Positions 9,834-19,201 of a stretch of 64,000 nt of DNA are shown piece after piece (the stretch's first letter is position 1; every line of letters begins with the position of its first letter). Position numbers and translations under genes: made by a program. Origin of the DNA: Myxococcota bacterium. GTDB taxonomy: Bacteria > Myxococcota_A > UBA9160 > SZUA-336. The stretch is taken from the NCBI GenBank assembly GCA_965247115.1, contig CBDFGR010000002.1, forward strand, positions 1,184,001 to 1,248,000, written 5' to 3'. The notes beneath the pieces were generated by a model. The model had not been told where the DNA came from. It worked only from the letters and a program-made list of their open reading frames with translations, and ran no database searches.

Positions 9834-10277
9834 CTATCGCTGCGGGTCCGCCGCGCCATTGCTTGACGCACACGCCCGGCTCTCGTCCGCGATGTAGGAA
9901 AAGGGGAGGAAGGCTGTACCGGTGGCAAAGCCCACGACGTCTGCGGCCAGCCAGCCGACGTCGGTCAGGACGCCCATCATGGGCCACGCTCCGCCTTGCT
10001 CGTCCGCCCAGCCCATCCCGTAAGCAGCGAGATCAAGCGGAACGACGACGATGTACCCAACCGCGAGAACCGGGGCCGCGACCACGGCAGCCAGCCCGGC
10101 GCCTGCGGTCGTGGGCACGCAGACAATCGCGTTGCGCCCATACGGGCCCTCGTCGTACGCGACTCTCGCGAGCTGGCGAGCGGGCATAGAGTAGCCCCAC
10201 GTTCCAGGCTCCGGAGGCGCCTGGGCACAGGCCGGAGCGAGAAGAGCAACAACGAAGAGCAGCGAGAATCGGCGCAC
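9834..10277 (-). CDS. Putative lipoprotein
   Basis: LLAPAC lipobox and hydrophobic segments. Confidence 0.6.
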   Translation of the reverse strand: MRRFSLLFVVALLAPACAQAPPEPGTWGYSMPARQLARVAYDEGPYGRNAIVCVPTTAGAGLAAVVAAPVLAVGYIVVVPLDLAAYGMGWADEQGGAWPMMGVLTDVGWLAADVVGFATGTAFLPFSYIADESRACASSNGAADPQR

Positions 10278-10328
10278 TAGGATCTCTACTTCAGTTCCCG
10301 CCGATTATACGTACTCGTCTGGCCCGAG

Positions 10329-10874
10329 CTACCAGCGCACCACGTGGAGCATGAAGTAGACCGACACTCCCGAGACGGAGACGTACATCCACCCGGCCCA
10401 CGTCCACCTGGAGAGGCGCCGGTGGGTGGCGAGCCGATTGCTGAGCGCGAGGTAGAGCGACGTCAGGATCATTGGGAACGTAACGACGGAGAGAGTAATG
10501 TGGCTGATGAGTACGGAGAAGTAGATCGGGCGCACGCTGCCCTGGCCCGCGAAGTGCGTATCGCCGTGAGAGAAGTGGTAGTAGGCGTAGTTCGCGAGAA
10601 ACAGCGCTGACGAGGCAAAGGCGGCGAGCATGAACCGCATGTGCAGCGTTCGCTTGCGCCTCCGGATCGCCCAGAGACCGCAGGAGATCAGCGCCGCGCT
10701 CGTGCCGTTCAGGAGCGCGTTGATGAGCGGCAGCGATGCGCCCCGTGACGCGGTCCCGTCCCCCTCGTGGAAGTAGACCAGCCAGACGAGAAAGCTCATT
10801 GCCGCCAGCGTTACCGCAGCGTTGCCCGCACCGAACTGCCTGGGCGTCAGCTGGATGGATGGCGGTGACGACAT
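10329..10874 (-). CDS. DUF420 family membrane protein
   Basis: LPLINALLNG, HMRFMLAAF, ISHITLS, WMYVSVSGV. Confidence 0.88.
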   Translation of the reverse strand: MSSPPSIQLTPRQFGAGNAAVTLAAMSFLVWLVYFHEGDGTASRGASLPLINALLNGTSAALISCGLWAIRRRKRTLHMRFMLAAFASSALFLANYAYYHFSHGDTHFAGQGSVRPIYFSVLISHITLSVVTFPMILTSLYLALSNRLATHRRLSRWTWAGWMYVSVSGVSVYFMLHVVRW

Positions 10875-10890
10875 CTGGCTCGGCTGCAGC

Positions 10891-11496
10891 TCAGGCGGTC
10901 GGGAAGCCGGCTACCAGCGCGCGCAGCTGCTCGTGAGCCCCTTCGAGAATTGGCACGCCATCGCCGACGAGGACCGTGTCGAAATCGAGCTCGAGCAGCT
11001 GGCGGACGCTCCCCCGCAGAAGCGGTGGATCGTCCATGACGCGCTCTCGGAGCAGCGAGAGCTCCCCTGGCGGGTTTCCGATCACGGCATCGCCCACGAC
11101 GAGCAGGCGCCGCGCCGGGTCGTGCAAGGCAATCTCCCCCGGGGACTTGCCCGGAACAGCGACAATCTCGAACGGCCCCACGCGCTGTCCGGCTTCCAGC
11201 TCGTCGTCGATCTGCAAGTCCTGATCTCGTGCGTGCGCGGCGTCTGCCGGATGGATCGCGACCCGAGCTCCCGTGCGCTCCCGCACGAGGTTCGCCGCGC
11301 GCGCGTGGTTGCGATTCGTGATCAGGATCCTCGTCACTCCCTGTTTCGCTAGCTCCTCGAGTTCGTCAGCAACGGGCTCGACCGGATCGATGCAGAGGTT
11401 GCCCGCCTCGTGCACGACCAGAGTGCCGTGGAAGTCGTAGCCATGGGGCTCGGAGAACCAATCCCACGTCCAGATCCCAGGGCACACTTCACGCAC
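10891..11496 (-). CDS. MBL-fold metallo-hydrolase-like protein
   Basis: CIDP, LITNRNHAR, PGKSPGE, VGDAV, VLVGDG (degenerate metal ligands). Confidence 0.8.
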   Translation of the reverse strand: MREVCPGIWTWDWFSEPHGYDFHGTLVVHEAGNLCIDPVEPVADELEELAKQGVTRILITNRNHARAANLVRERTGARVAIHPADAAHARDQDLQIDDELEAGQRVGPFEIVAVPGKSPGEIALHDPARRLLVVGDAVIGNPPGELSLLRERVMDDPPLLRGSVRQLLELDFDTVLVGDGVPILEGAHEQLRALVAGFPTA

Positions 11497-11548
11497 GCGT
11501 CGAGTCTACCACCTCCCCGTCCGGTCCCTCATCGGATATCGTGATGTC

Positions 11549-12382
11549 TTGACGCGCACGCCCCTCGCCCTACCTCCCAGATCCAGCATCCAATCGGATG
11601 AGGACACCGTACAACTCGTTCACGCGGAGCTCACGTCCGTGATCGCCGGCCATCCACGAGCCACGACGACCTATCGCTTCTACGAGGAGCTGGACGCCTG
11701 GCTCGGGCCCTGGGGTCGGCGCGGCTATCTGATCGGCTACGGCAAGGCCTACAACCTCGCGTTCCATGGTAACCCGCTCCTGAGGATGAGGTCCGTCACG
11801 CGGAAGTGGGTCTGGAGAACGACGATCCTGCTTCAGGAGGCGCTCCGAGACTACGTGGTCGAGCGGGTTCGGGCCCGAACGATCCGGTCCTTGACGGAGC
11901 CCGAGCTGCGAAGCGCCGCGTTCGAGAGTCACGCCAGAGCATACGATAGCGCGGGTCTCGCGAGGGTGGCCCTGGTCGCGCCGGAGCTGATCCCGATCAT
12001 TGCTTCGATCCCAGCGATCGAGTTCTCGCCGGCGTCGAAGGACTTCAGCCCCTCCGTTGTCCAGGTCTTTTCCACACTCGATCGTGTCGCCCCCAAAGTC
12101 CTCGCAAGCGGCCTCGCAATCCTGTCAAGCCCGACTCGGGCCGCTGCGCTGTGGCGTTCGGTGCTCGAGGACCCAGGAAAACTCTGGAACAGGCTCGTGA
12201 CGTGGCGCGAGCTAAGCGTGCTCCAGACGCACGTCTCGCGCGGCCGCCTCGATCACGTTCCCTGGCTCGACCAGGTAATCCGGCGGCTGAATGAGCGCGA
12301 GTTTCCCAACCAGCACTCCACGCGACTGGCCGGCGCCATCGTAAAGGCCGGGAGCGCCGTCGCCTTCTCACCAAGCGCCTGA
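11549..12382 (+). CDS. Hypothetical protein with a stanniocalcin-like motif pattern
   Basis: FY...GYLIGYGKAY...W...LQEAL...AFESHARAYDSAGL. Confidence 0.6.
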   Translation: MTRTPLALPPRSSIQSDEDTVQLVHAELTSVIAGHPRATTTYRFYEELDAWLGPWGRRGYLIGYGKAYNLAFHGNPLLRMRSVTRKWVWRTTILLQEALRDYVVERVRARTIRSLTEPELRSAAFESHARAYDSAGLARVALVAPELIPIIASIPAIEFSPASKDFSPSVVQVFSTLDRVAPKVLASGLAILSSPTRAAALWRSVLEDPGKLWNRLVTWRELSVLQTHVSRGRLDHVPWLDQVIRRLNEREFPNQHSTRLAGAIVKAGSAVAFSPSA

Positions 12383-12507
12383 ACACCTGGCTCGCCGACT
12401 CGCCCGAAGTCCTGTCGCTCCTCGACAAAGATCATCCGAAATAGCAGTCAGGACGCTTCGCGATAAGCCGCACCAGAAACGGGCTGCGGGCTTCGCGCAC
12501 TGAAACC

Positions 12508-12864
12508 TCAGCGGCCGAGATGGCCACATGCGCGAAGCCACTCCCTCTGACTTCCGCCGTCCGGAGTGAGCATCCGCATCGTGGCCACACAGTTTTCGAT
12601 CGCCTCAGGGTCGATCTCACGGCTCTTGGACGCGGGAGGGGCGGGCTCACATGCCTTCGCGGCACGCCTGGCCTGCTCCTTCGCCTTGCGAAGCTCAGCC
12701 TGCATCCGCCTGAGTTGCGCCTCGGCATTGTTCGCTCGCTCGTGATTGCGGGCGGCAACTCTCTGCTGACGCGCGGCTTCGTCGGCGACACGATCCAGCT
12801 CCGCCCTGGATGCGCAGCCGGTTGCCACCAAGAGTCCAAGGGTCATCGCTGCGATAGGTCGCAT
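12508..12864 (-). CDS. Putative coiled-coil lipoprotein
   Basis: LLVATGC lipobox followed by an Ala/Arg/Gln-rich helix. Confidence 0.55.
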   Translation of the reverse strand: MRPIAAMTLGLLVATGCASRAELDRVADEAARQQRVAARNHERANNAEAQLRRMQAELRKAKEQARRAAKACEPAPPASKSREIDPEAIENCVATMRMLTPDGGSQREWLRACGHLGR

Positions 12865-13024
12865 CTGTGGAGTCTCCTCGTCCCCCTGGCTCTTTCAGCG
12901 CTTCTCTATCGGTGGACCTACCGATCGTCTGTAGTCCATCTCCCTGTGGCCGCGATGACGAGCGTAGCCAAGCTCAGCCACCGCCGACCCCGCTTGCTGT
13001 GTCGTTCAAGAACGCTTCAGTCGA

Positions 13025-13258
13025 GTGCCGATCCAAGCGGCGGCCCGCGGCGTTCCAAACGCGCAAGTCACGTTCAGGTGTCTGGGCGCGTGGCTGCTCT
13101 TCGGCGGCGTCGGCATTTGGCTATCCGGACAGATCGGAGCGCTCACCGAGCCGTTCGGAATCCGAGCGGTATACGTCGGCATCGCCGCGGGCACAGCTCT
13201 TGCCGCCGCCGCAACCTTGTCGTTCAGGGACCGGCTAATGGGCCTGCTAGCCGAATGA
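13025..13258 (+). pseudogene. C-terminal fragment of an MFS-like transporter
   Basis: GQIGALTEPFGIRAVYVGIAAGTALAAAATL resembles the last MFS helices; no N-terminal part is visible. Confidence 0.45.
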
Positions 13259-13329
13259 CGCCGGCACCAAGGAAATTCTATAATCCCGTGCCCCGGCTTA
13301 CCCAACTCGAACAATTTCGAGGGGATCCT

Positions 13330-14451
13330 ATGAACACCCAGACAAAGCTCCGCTCGCATCAGGTGACAGCAGATCCTTCGCAGACCTTTACATTGCCAAG
13401 CCAGGCCTATCTGGATCCCGAGATTTTCGAGCTGGAAAAGCGCCAGCTTTTTTACAAGACGTGGCACTACGCCGGATGGGTCGGCGACTTGAAGGAGCCG
13501 GGCGACTACATCACGGCCGATCTGATCGACCAGAATGTGATCCTCATCCGTGGCAGGGACGGCGAGCTAGAGGGATTCCACAATGTCTGCCAGCACCGCG
13601 GGCATCAGCTGCTCAAGGGCTGCGGCAAGGTCACGACAATCAGATGTCCCTACCACGCCTGGGTCTACCGCTTGGATGGCACCCTGCAAAACGCTCGCGG
13701 CACCAAGACGACTGTCGGGTTCGACGTCGGTGCCATCCGCCTGAAGCCGGTTCGTGTCGAAGTGATCGCCGACAAGTTTGTTTTCTTCAATCTGGACATG
13801 AATGCAGAGCCGTTCGGCGATCAGGTCACTGATCTCATTAAGGATTTCCGGAAGGAAATTCCAGAATTCGACCAGCTGGTCCGCGTGGACAAAACGGCAA
13901 CGACATCCGAGGTGAGCCCTCTAGAGGGCATGTATCCGGTCAAGGCAAACTGGAAGATCGTCATGGAGAACTTTCTGGAATGCCATCACTGCCGCGTGGC
14001 GCACCCGACTTTCGTAAAAGACCTGACGATGGATGACCTGACCTATGAAGGGCACCGCCTCTGGGCAAAACAAAAGAGCGGAACGCGACGCGAAAATAGC
14101 GGCGAGCAGATTTTCTGGACGATTTTCCCCAACCTGACGCTTTCGTTTTCCACCGGAGAAGAGCCGGCTCTCAGTATCGCGGTTTTCGCCGTGCCCGAGG
14201 GACACGATCGGACTCGGCTCGGCAATTACGAGAAATTCAGACTGTCCGGTGATGAGGACGGAGTGAGCTTCCAGCCTGATTGGGGACCGGTCGGGATCGA
14301 GGACAAGGACCTTTGCGAGTCGGTGCAAAAGGGCCTTGGCTCAATCGGCTATGAGCAGGGTCGTTACATCTATGACCCGAATCATGGTGAGATCACCGAG
14401 GAAGCGGCGCATGCGTTCGTCCGCTTTATCCTGGAGGCGCTGGGGAATTGA
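13330..14451 (+). CDS. Rieske non-heme oxygenase alpha subunit (choline/carnitine monooxygenase-like)
   Basis: NVCQHRG...CPYHAW Rieske motif, NWKIVMENFLECHHCRVAHP, EDKDLCESVQKG. Confidence 0.92.
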   Translation: MNTQTKLRSHQVTADPSQTFTLPSQAYLDPEIFELEKRQLFYKTWHYAGWVGDLKEPGDYITADLIDQNVILIRGRDGELEGFHNVCQHRGHQLLKGCGKVTTIRCPYHAWVYRLDGTLQNARGTKTTVGFDVGAIRLKPVRVEVIADKFVFFNLDMNAEPFGDQVTDLIKDFRKEIPEFDQLVRVDKTATTSEVSPLEGMYPVKANWKIVMENFLECHHCRVAHPTFVKDLTMDDLTYEGHRLWAKQKSGTRRENSGEQIFWTIFPNLTLSFSTGEEPALSIAVFAVPEGHDRTRLGNYEKFRLSGDEDGVSFQPDWGPVGIEDKDLCESVQKGLGSIGYEQGRYIYDPNHGEITEEAAHAFVRFILEALGN

Positions 14452-14572
14452 TCGCGGCGTAGGCTCGGACTTCGGACCTGTTGCCTCTCGAGCCCGCAAC
14501 ATTTCGTCCAAGTGGGCGTGCATACAGACGGATCAGGCCCGGCTCAAGACCCGCTCAGATTGCACCGATAAG

Positions 14573-14591
14573 TGTGGGAAATATTCCCACA
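14573..14591. promoter_or_regulatory. Perfect palindrome TGTGGGAA-ATA-TTCCCACA upstream of the pilin gene
   Basis: 8-bp inverted repeat with a 3-bp AT spacer, 35 bp before the pilin ATG. Confidence 0.65.
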
Positions 14592-14626
14592 GACTCGATG
14601 ACTCAGAGAGGGACGCGAGGTTCAAG

Positions 14627-15286
14627 ATGCAAGAGAGCGTCAAGGCAAAGTTGGCTAGTACCGAGCAGGCGGTCGGACACGAGACGCATACGGGTAGGGT
14701 CCGGTGTCGGCAGGGATTCACTCTGATCGAGCTGATGATCGTGGTCGCGATCATCGGAGTCCTCGCCGGCATCGCCATCCCGAACTTCCTGAAGTTTCAG
14801 ATGCGCTCAAAGGTCGGCGAGGGCAAGGTCAACCTCTCTGCGATACGCACCGCCGAGGAGGCCTACTACTCCGAGATCGGGACGTACATGACCTGGCCGC
14901 TGAACCCCGCCACCGCCCCGAGCTCCCAGAAGCGAGCGTGGACCCCGTGTCCTAACGTTCCCCCTCAGGCCGGAGACCCGGGGCACTGCTTCATCGGCTG
15001 GGAGCCCGAGGGCGATGTGTACTACAGCTACATCGTTGCCACGGACTCGCCGCGTCCGAGCAGCCAGTTCTTCGCCGTCGGCGAGTCGGACATCGATGGT
15101 GACGGGACCCTGAACCTCTGGGGCTATCAGAAGCCGAACACGAGTGGTCAGTTCTCGATCGCCGCGACCCAGGGCTGCAACACGGTCTTGAACGTCCAGA
15201 GATCGACCACCAGCGGGACGAACGTGGCGATGACAAAGCAGGTCGGTCCCTGTAACAGCCCGTTGTTCGGCGTGACGGTCTTCTGA
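14627..15286 (+). CDS. Type IV pilin (deltaproteobacterial PilA-like)
   Basis: QG|FTLIELMIVVAIIGVLAGIAIPNFLKFQMRSK N-methylation motif; DIDGDGTL motif; Cys pairs. Confidence 0.93.
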   Translation: MQESVKAKLASTEQAVGHETHTGRVRCRQGFTLIELMIVVAIIGVLAGIAIPNFLKFQMRSKVGEGKVNLSAIRTAEEAYYSEIGTYMTWPLNPATAPSSQKRAWTPCPNVPPQAGDPGHCFIGWEPEGDVYYSYIVATDSPRPSSQFFAVGESDIDGDGTLNLWGYQKPNTSGQFSIAATQGCNTVLNVQRSTTSGTNVAMTKQVGPCNSPLFGVTVF

Positions 15287-15402
15287 GGTTTACTCAGCCT
15301 AAGCGACCGTTCGCTGTTGTCACTAAGCTGTCAATCTCGACTTCGAAGGTGGCGTTGACCACCGCGGTCGAGTTCAACGTGCTGTATCTAATCGAGAATG
15401 TC

Positions 15403-15479
15403 TGGCGCCCCCGGCACGACTCGAACGTGCGACATCCTGATTAGAAGTCAGGTGCTCTATCCAGCTGAGCTACGGGGGC
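15403..15479 (-). tRNA. tRNA-Arg(TCT)
   Basis: Reverse complement GCCCCCGTAGCTCAGCTGGATAGAGCACCTGACTTCTAATCAGGATGTCGCACGTTCGAGTCGTGCCGGGGGCGCCA; cloverleaf with CCA end. Confidence 0.97.
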
Positions 15480-15634
15480 GCGAGCGAGAATCTATAGCAA
15501 TGTCGGGTGCTTGTATCCACAGCACCCTCGCCCGTCGTCTGTGTCTGGGCCCGGGCTGTGCGTTAGACGCCGTCGAGCACGATCTGTCCGAATATCTCGT
15601 GGGTAGCCTCGCTCATCAAGCGCAGGTCCGGCAT

Positions 15635-16135
15635 GATCCCCCCCGGGCCCTCGGACGACTCGATCGGACGGGAAGGCCACTGTCAGAACCCGAAAGCCCT
15701 CTTCTCCCTATCCTCCTCCCTGTTCGAGATAGAGATCGCTCTTCACACCCGCCTCGACGATGGGACGCTGGGCGCGTTCCAGGCCGAGCTGCACTCCCCC
15801 TCGCACCTGCTTCCAGAACTCGGAGGGAGTCGCAACGGCGCCGGGAGTCAGGGCCAGAATCCGTGGGTCGTAAGAGCCCAACAGACATGTCCAGCGTTCG
15901 CCTGTTTGTCGGCCCTGAAAGACCCAATCGTCGTCGCCGCTCCGTCTCGCCTTCAGCCGGAACTGGCGCAGCTGGTTTACGGCTTCTGCTGTGATGAACA
16001 CGCTCCGCTCAGCGTGGCTCTAGGGGCTGGATCAAGGGGCGGGTCCCTCAGACGAGAGGGCTATCCCGCCAGCACAATCGCGTCCTGACAGTGGCCTTCC
16101 CGTCCGATCGAGTCGTCCGAGGGCCCGGGGGGATC
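15635..16135. repeat. ~52-bp inverted repeat pair (15635-15686 / 16085-16135)
   Basis: The arms are exact reverse complements except for a 7 vs 6 G/C run; they enclose 398 bp. Confidence 0.92.
15880..16015 (-). pseudogene. Possible tyrosine recombinase internal fragment
   Basis: ERSVFITAEAVNQLRQFRLKARRSGDDDWVFQGRQTGE resembles the integrase segment between the catalytic Lys and HxxR. Confidence 0.4.
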
Positions 16136-16192
16136 GCATCATGTGCCCACTTTGGACAGTGTCAAGAATTATAGGCGGGACGTAGACGGCAC

Positions 16193-17935
16193 CTACGCGG
16201 GCGGGATGATGGGAAGGAGGACGTGGGCCGGTTGTTCGGGGCCAAAATGCAATTTTACGTTACCTGAGAAAATCTCGGGCGGCCGGTTCCGGACGTCATC
16301 ATGAAGAAAGGGACCACAACCCTGGAATACATTCTTCATGGTCCCCAGGGTTCCGCCGGTCTCGCCAGCGTACTCGTAATCCCGCCCCAGCACGCTCAGG
16401 GCAATCCGGTATTCAGCAGGTACGACGATACACGTCGGCCAGATCTCGACATCCAGATCGACGACTTCACCGGGCGCCAATGGTTGTTTCTCATCGTGGG
16501 TATGGTAGGGGCGGTATTCTTCCGTCAGCTTGGGATCGAGCTTGCGGTGCGATGCTCGCAGCCAGCCCTGGCCGATCGGCGTGTTAGGATCGATTAGGCC
16601 CTGAAAGACGACCTCTTCCCCGTCGGGGGCGAACACTCGAAGCACGAGGAAGACGTCGGCGTCTTCTGTGGAGGAGGACAAGAACAGCTTGGCCGCGCTC
16701 GGGCCGGTGATTTCCATCTCTTCCTCGAGCGGCGCTGAAAGGAACGTCAGCCCCTCGCCCATGGGGTCGTACTCAACGGATCCCGCGACATTGACGGGAT
16801 CCCGGCTCAGCCTGAATCCATTTGGATCAAGGTAGAATCGGGTCCATTGAGTCCGCGCAAGGGGCCACTCGTTTTCGAGGCGCTCCACGAAGCCGTCGAC
16901 CCTTCTGATCTGGAGCTGGACGCGGGGCTGGTCCAGCCATCCATTGTCGAGACCTTTCAAGAAGTGGTCGAAGAAACGCTTCTGGAGCTTGCGGCCGTAA
17001 TCGGTGTAGAAGTGCGTCCAGTGCTCGAGTCCATGCATCTCGAGCCATTTTTGCTCGGACGCGGCCCGGACGAAACACTCCACGTTCCCTCGCAGGTGCA
17101 GACCCTGGCCCCCCCAGTTTCCCGCGGTTAGCAACGGCGTGGTGACCTTCTCCCAGACGGGAGAACGGGCCCTGTGGTAGTCGTCATCGAGGGGATGGGA
17201 GACGATGTCGCCCTCTATATCGCAACGATTCTTGGCCAGCTCCTCTTCGGGGAGCGTCTCAGGGCCGGCCGCCCATTCACCGGTGACGGGACTTCTGCGT
17301 CCACGTTCGCCGACTCCGTGCTGGACCGTCTTGACCTGCATATCGGACCAGTTGTCCCAGAAAGTTTGTCGAATCCCGCCGTGGTGCGTACTGTCACGGT
17401 ACCAGTCGGCGGCGGCCTCCCAGGCGCACATCGCCGCCAGATGAGGCGTCTGATGTGACGCCACCTGGTACTGGTTCATCCCGTAATACGAGATGCCGTT
17501 CAGTCCGATCTTTCCGTTGCTCCAGGGCTGGATGGCCGCCCATTCGATGCAGTCGAAGAGATCCTTCGTCTCGCGAGGGGAGAAGTGGTCGATATAGCCC
17601 GGTGAGCGGCCGGCGCCGCGCGAGTCTACCCGCACGCAGACGTACCCGTCCGGCACCCACTTCTCGGGGTCCATCGCTTCATAGTTCTGATACTTGTTGG
17701 TGGAACCTGCGGCCACGTCTGGGTGGTTTTTCTCCATGCGCTCCCATTGATCCTTGTAGCCCTCCTGGAAGGCGATCCCTTTGGCGTACGGCCCATGGCT
17801 CAGGATCACAGGGGACTTTCCTTCTTCAATTGGCCGGTAGACATCTGCTCGCAAGACAAGGCCGTCGTCCATCTCAATAGGAACGTCCCAATCGATTCGC
17901 ATGCCGTCGCGGATTTCATTCTTTTCTTCAATCAT
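16193..17935 (-). CDS. CocE/NonD family hydrolase
   Basis: DGLVLRADVYRP, DSRGAGRS, GISYYG nucleophile elbow, C-terminal GWLRASHR. Confidence 0.93.
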   Translation of the reverse strand: MIEEKNEIRDGMRIDWDVPIEMDDGLVLRADVYRPIEEGKSPVILSHGPYAKGIAFQEGYKDQWERMEKNHPDVAAGSTNKYQNYEAMDPEKWVPDGYVCVRVDSRGAGRSPGYIDHFSPRETKDLFDCIEWAAIQPWSNGKIGLNGISYYGMNQYQVASHQTPHLAAMCAWEAAADWYRDSTHHGGIRQTFWDNWSDMQVKTVQHGVGERGRRSPVTGEWAAGPETLPEEELAKNRCDIEGDIVSHPLDDDYHRARSPVWEKVTTPLLTAGNWGGQGLHLRGNVECFVRAASEQKWLEMHGLEHWTHFYTDYGRKLQKRFFDHFLKGLDNGWLDQPRVQLQIRRVDGFVERLENEWPLARTQWTRFYLDPNGFRLSRDPVNVAGSVEYDPMGEGLTFLSAPLEEEMEITGPSAAKLFLSSSTEDADVFLVLRVFAPDGEEVVFQGLIDPNTPIGQGWLRASHRKLDPKLTEEYRPYHTHDEKQPLAPGEVVDLDVEIWPTCIVVPAEYRIALSVLGRDYEYAGETGGTLGTMKNVFQGCGPFLHDDVRNRPPEIFSGNVKLHFGPEQPAHVLLPIIPPA

Positions 17936-18065
17936 CTGTCATCGACTCCAAGAATTCGTAGCCACTTCTCCAGAAACCCAGGCCTGTCTGGCCGAGGCGA
18001 AACTAAGCGTATCAGAGGCAGGTCCGTGCTATCGCGAAGACTCGTCGCGAGGAGCCAGGCTCGTG

Positions 18066-18784
18066 CCCTAGCCACCTGGTCCACTTCCCAGCTCACCCGG
18101 CAGGTGAACTCGGGTCGGGTCGTGTGGCGGTCGAGGAACTCGAGCAGCGGGCGGCTCTCGGCCTCGGTCATGCCCTCGAAGCGTGTCCCGAACATGCGAT
18201 TGACGTACAGGCCCTCGACGCCGGTTTCTGGATGGCAGCGTACCAGCGGATGAACTGCGCTGTGCTCCGGGTGATCGGGTTGGCCCAGGCCGCCTAGCTG
18301 TGCACTGCGCGCATTCGCTGCAGCAGCCGCTGCAAACCGGGACTCGGAGCCGAGAAGGCGGCCACACTGCTCGCAAAGCCGGTGTCGCCGCCGATCGATG
18401 GGATGATCCGTGCAGGCAGGATCGAGACCAGGCCGCACGGCGAGCGAAAGGTCACGTCGGCGTGCCAGTCGCTGCCGCCGAACAGGCGCGTGCCGTCCGG
18501 CTCCTTGCGCATCTCCAGGACCTCCGGCACCCCATCGACCTTCAGCACCCCCTCATCGGCGTGGTGATCGAACAGGGGCCAAAGCGCGCCGTGACGGCAC
18601 GCAACGTCTCTGGCTCCAGCTCCTGGTTCGGGAGCGCCAGGACGTGGTATCGATCTAGCAGCGCGCGAAGAGCTGCGAACGATTCGTCCGACATCCGTGC
18701 GCCCAGTTTCAACCCGCTGACCCGCGCCCCCAGGTGGGGGGCCAGCGGCTCGACTTCGACCCCGACCGGCGAATTCAGGGGCAT
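18066..18784 (-). pseudogene. TauD/TfdA dioxygenase pseudogene
   Basis: Three frames carry VEPLAPHLGARVSG, WHADVTF...GGDTGFAS and HPLVRCHPETG...RPEFTCRVSW. Frameshifts near 18578 and 18295; the C-terminus is missing. Confidence 0.85.
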
Positions 18785-19201
18785 CAGCTCCGCCTTGCAC
18801 GCCGGTCTGTAGAGCACCGCCGGCCTGCTTTCTTGGTCGTGCGCTCCGGCTTCCGGCCGGCCGCGAAATCTGCCGTCTCCGCGCGAGTATGCTGGGTGCG
18901 AAAGGACTTCGCGCTCGCGGAGTCCCGGTGGGCCCAGAATTTGCGATAACCGTGGAGTTGTGTGGCAGCCTGCATGAGCCGGGGCCTCGAGTCACGCCGG
19001 AAGACCCAGGAGCCAGCGACGCCGCGCACTGCCTAGCGCGGGCGGTCTCCCGTGAACTGCCCATTCTAGCCCTTGGTGGGCTAGCTGGCCTCCGGGCCAC
19101 TCTCGGGGCCGCGAGCCCGATACTCCTGACGTGCTTCGTGTTTCCACCCGGGGGATTGAGTAAGCTTCTTCTCCTGGTCTCGCTCGCACAGGGGAAAGCC
19201 C

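Noticed and set aside
12520..13329. N-terminal extension of the Rieske ORF (643 aa)
   Set aside because: It overlaps other ORFs and has no domain character; the ATG at 13330 has an RBS-like GAGGGG.
14540..14565. Sigma54 promoter for the pilin
   Set aside because: TTGC is present but there is no GG at the required -24 spacing.
15633..16088. 151-aa ORF spanning the inverted-repeat element
   Set aside because: No recognisable motif; it starts and ends in the repeat arms and the opposite strand looks more protein-like.
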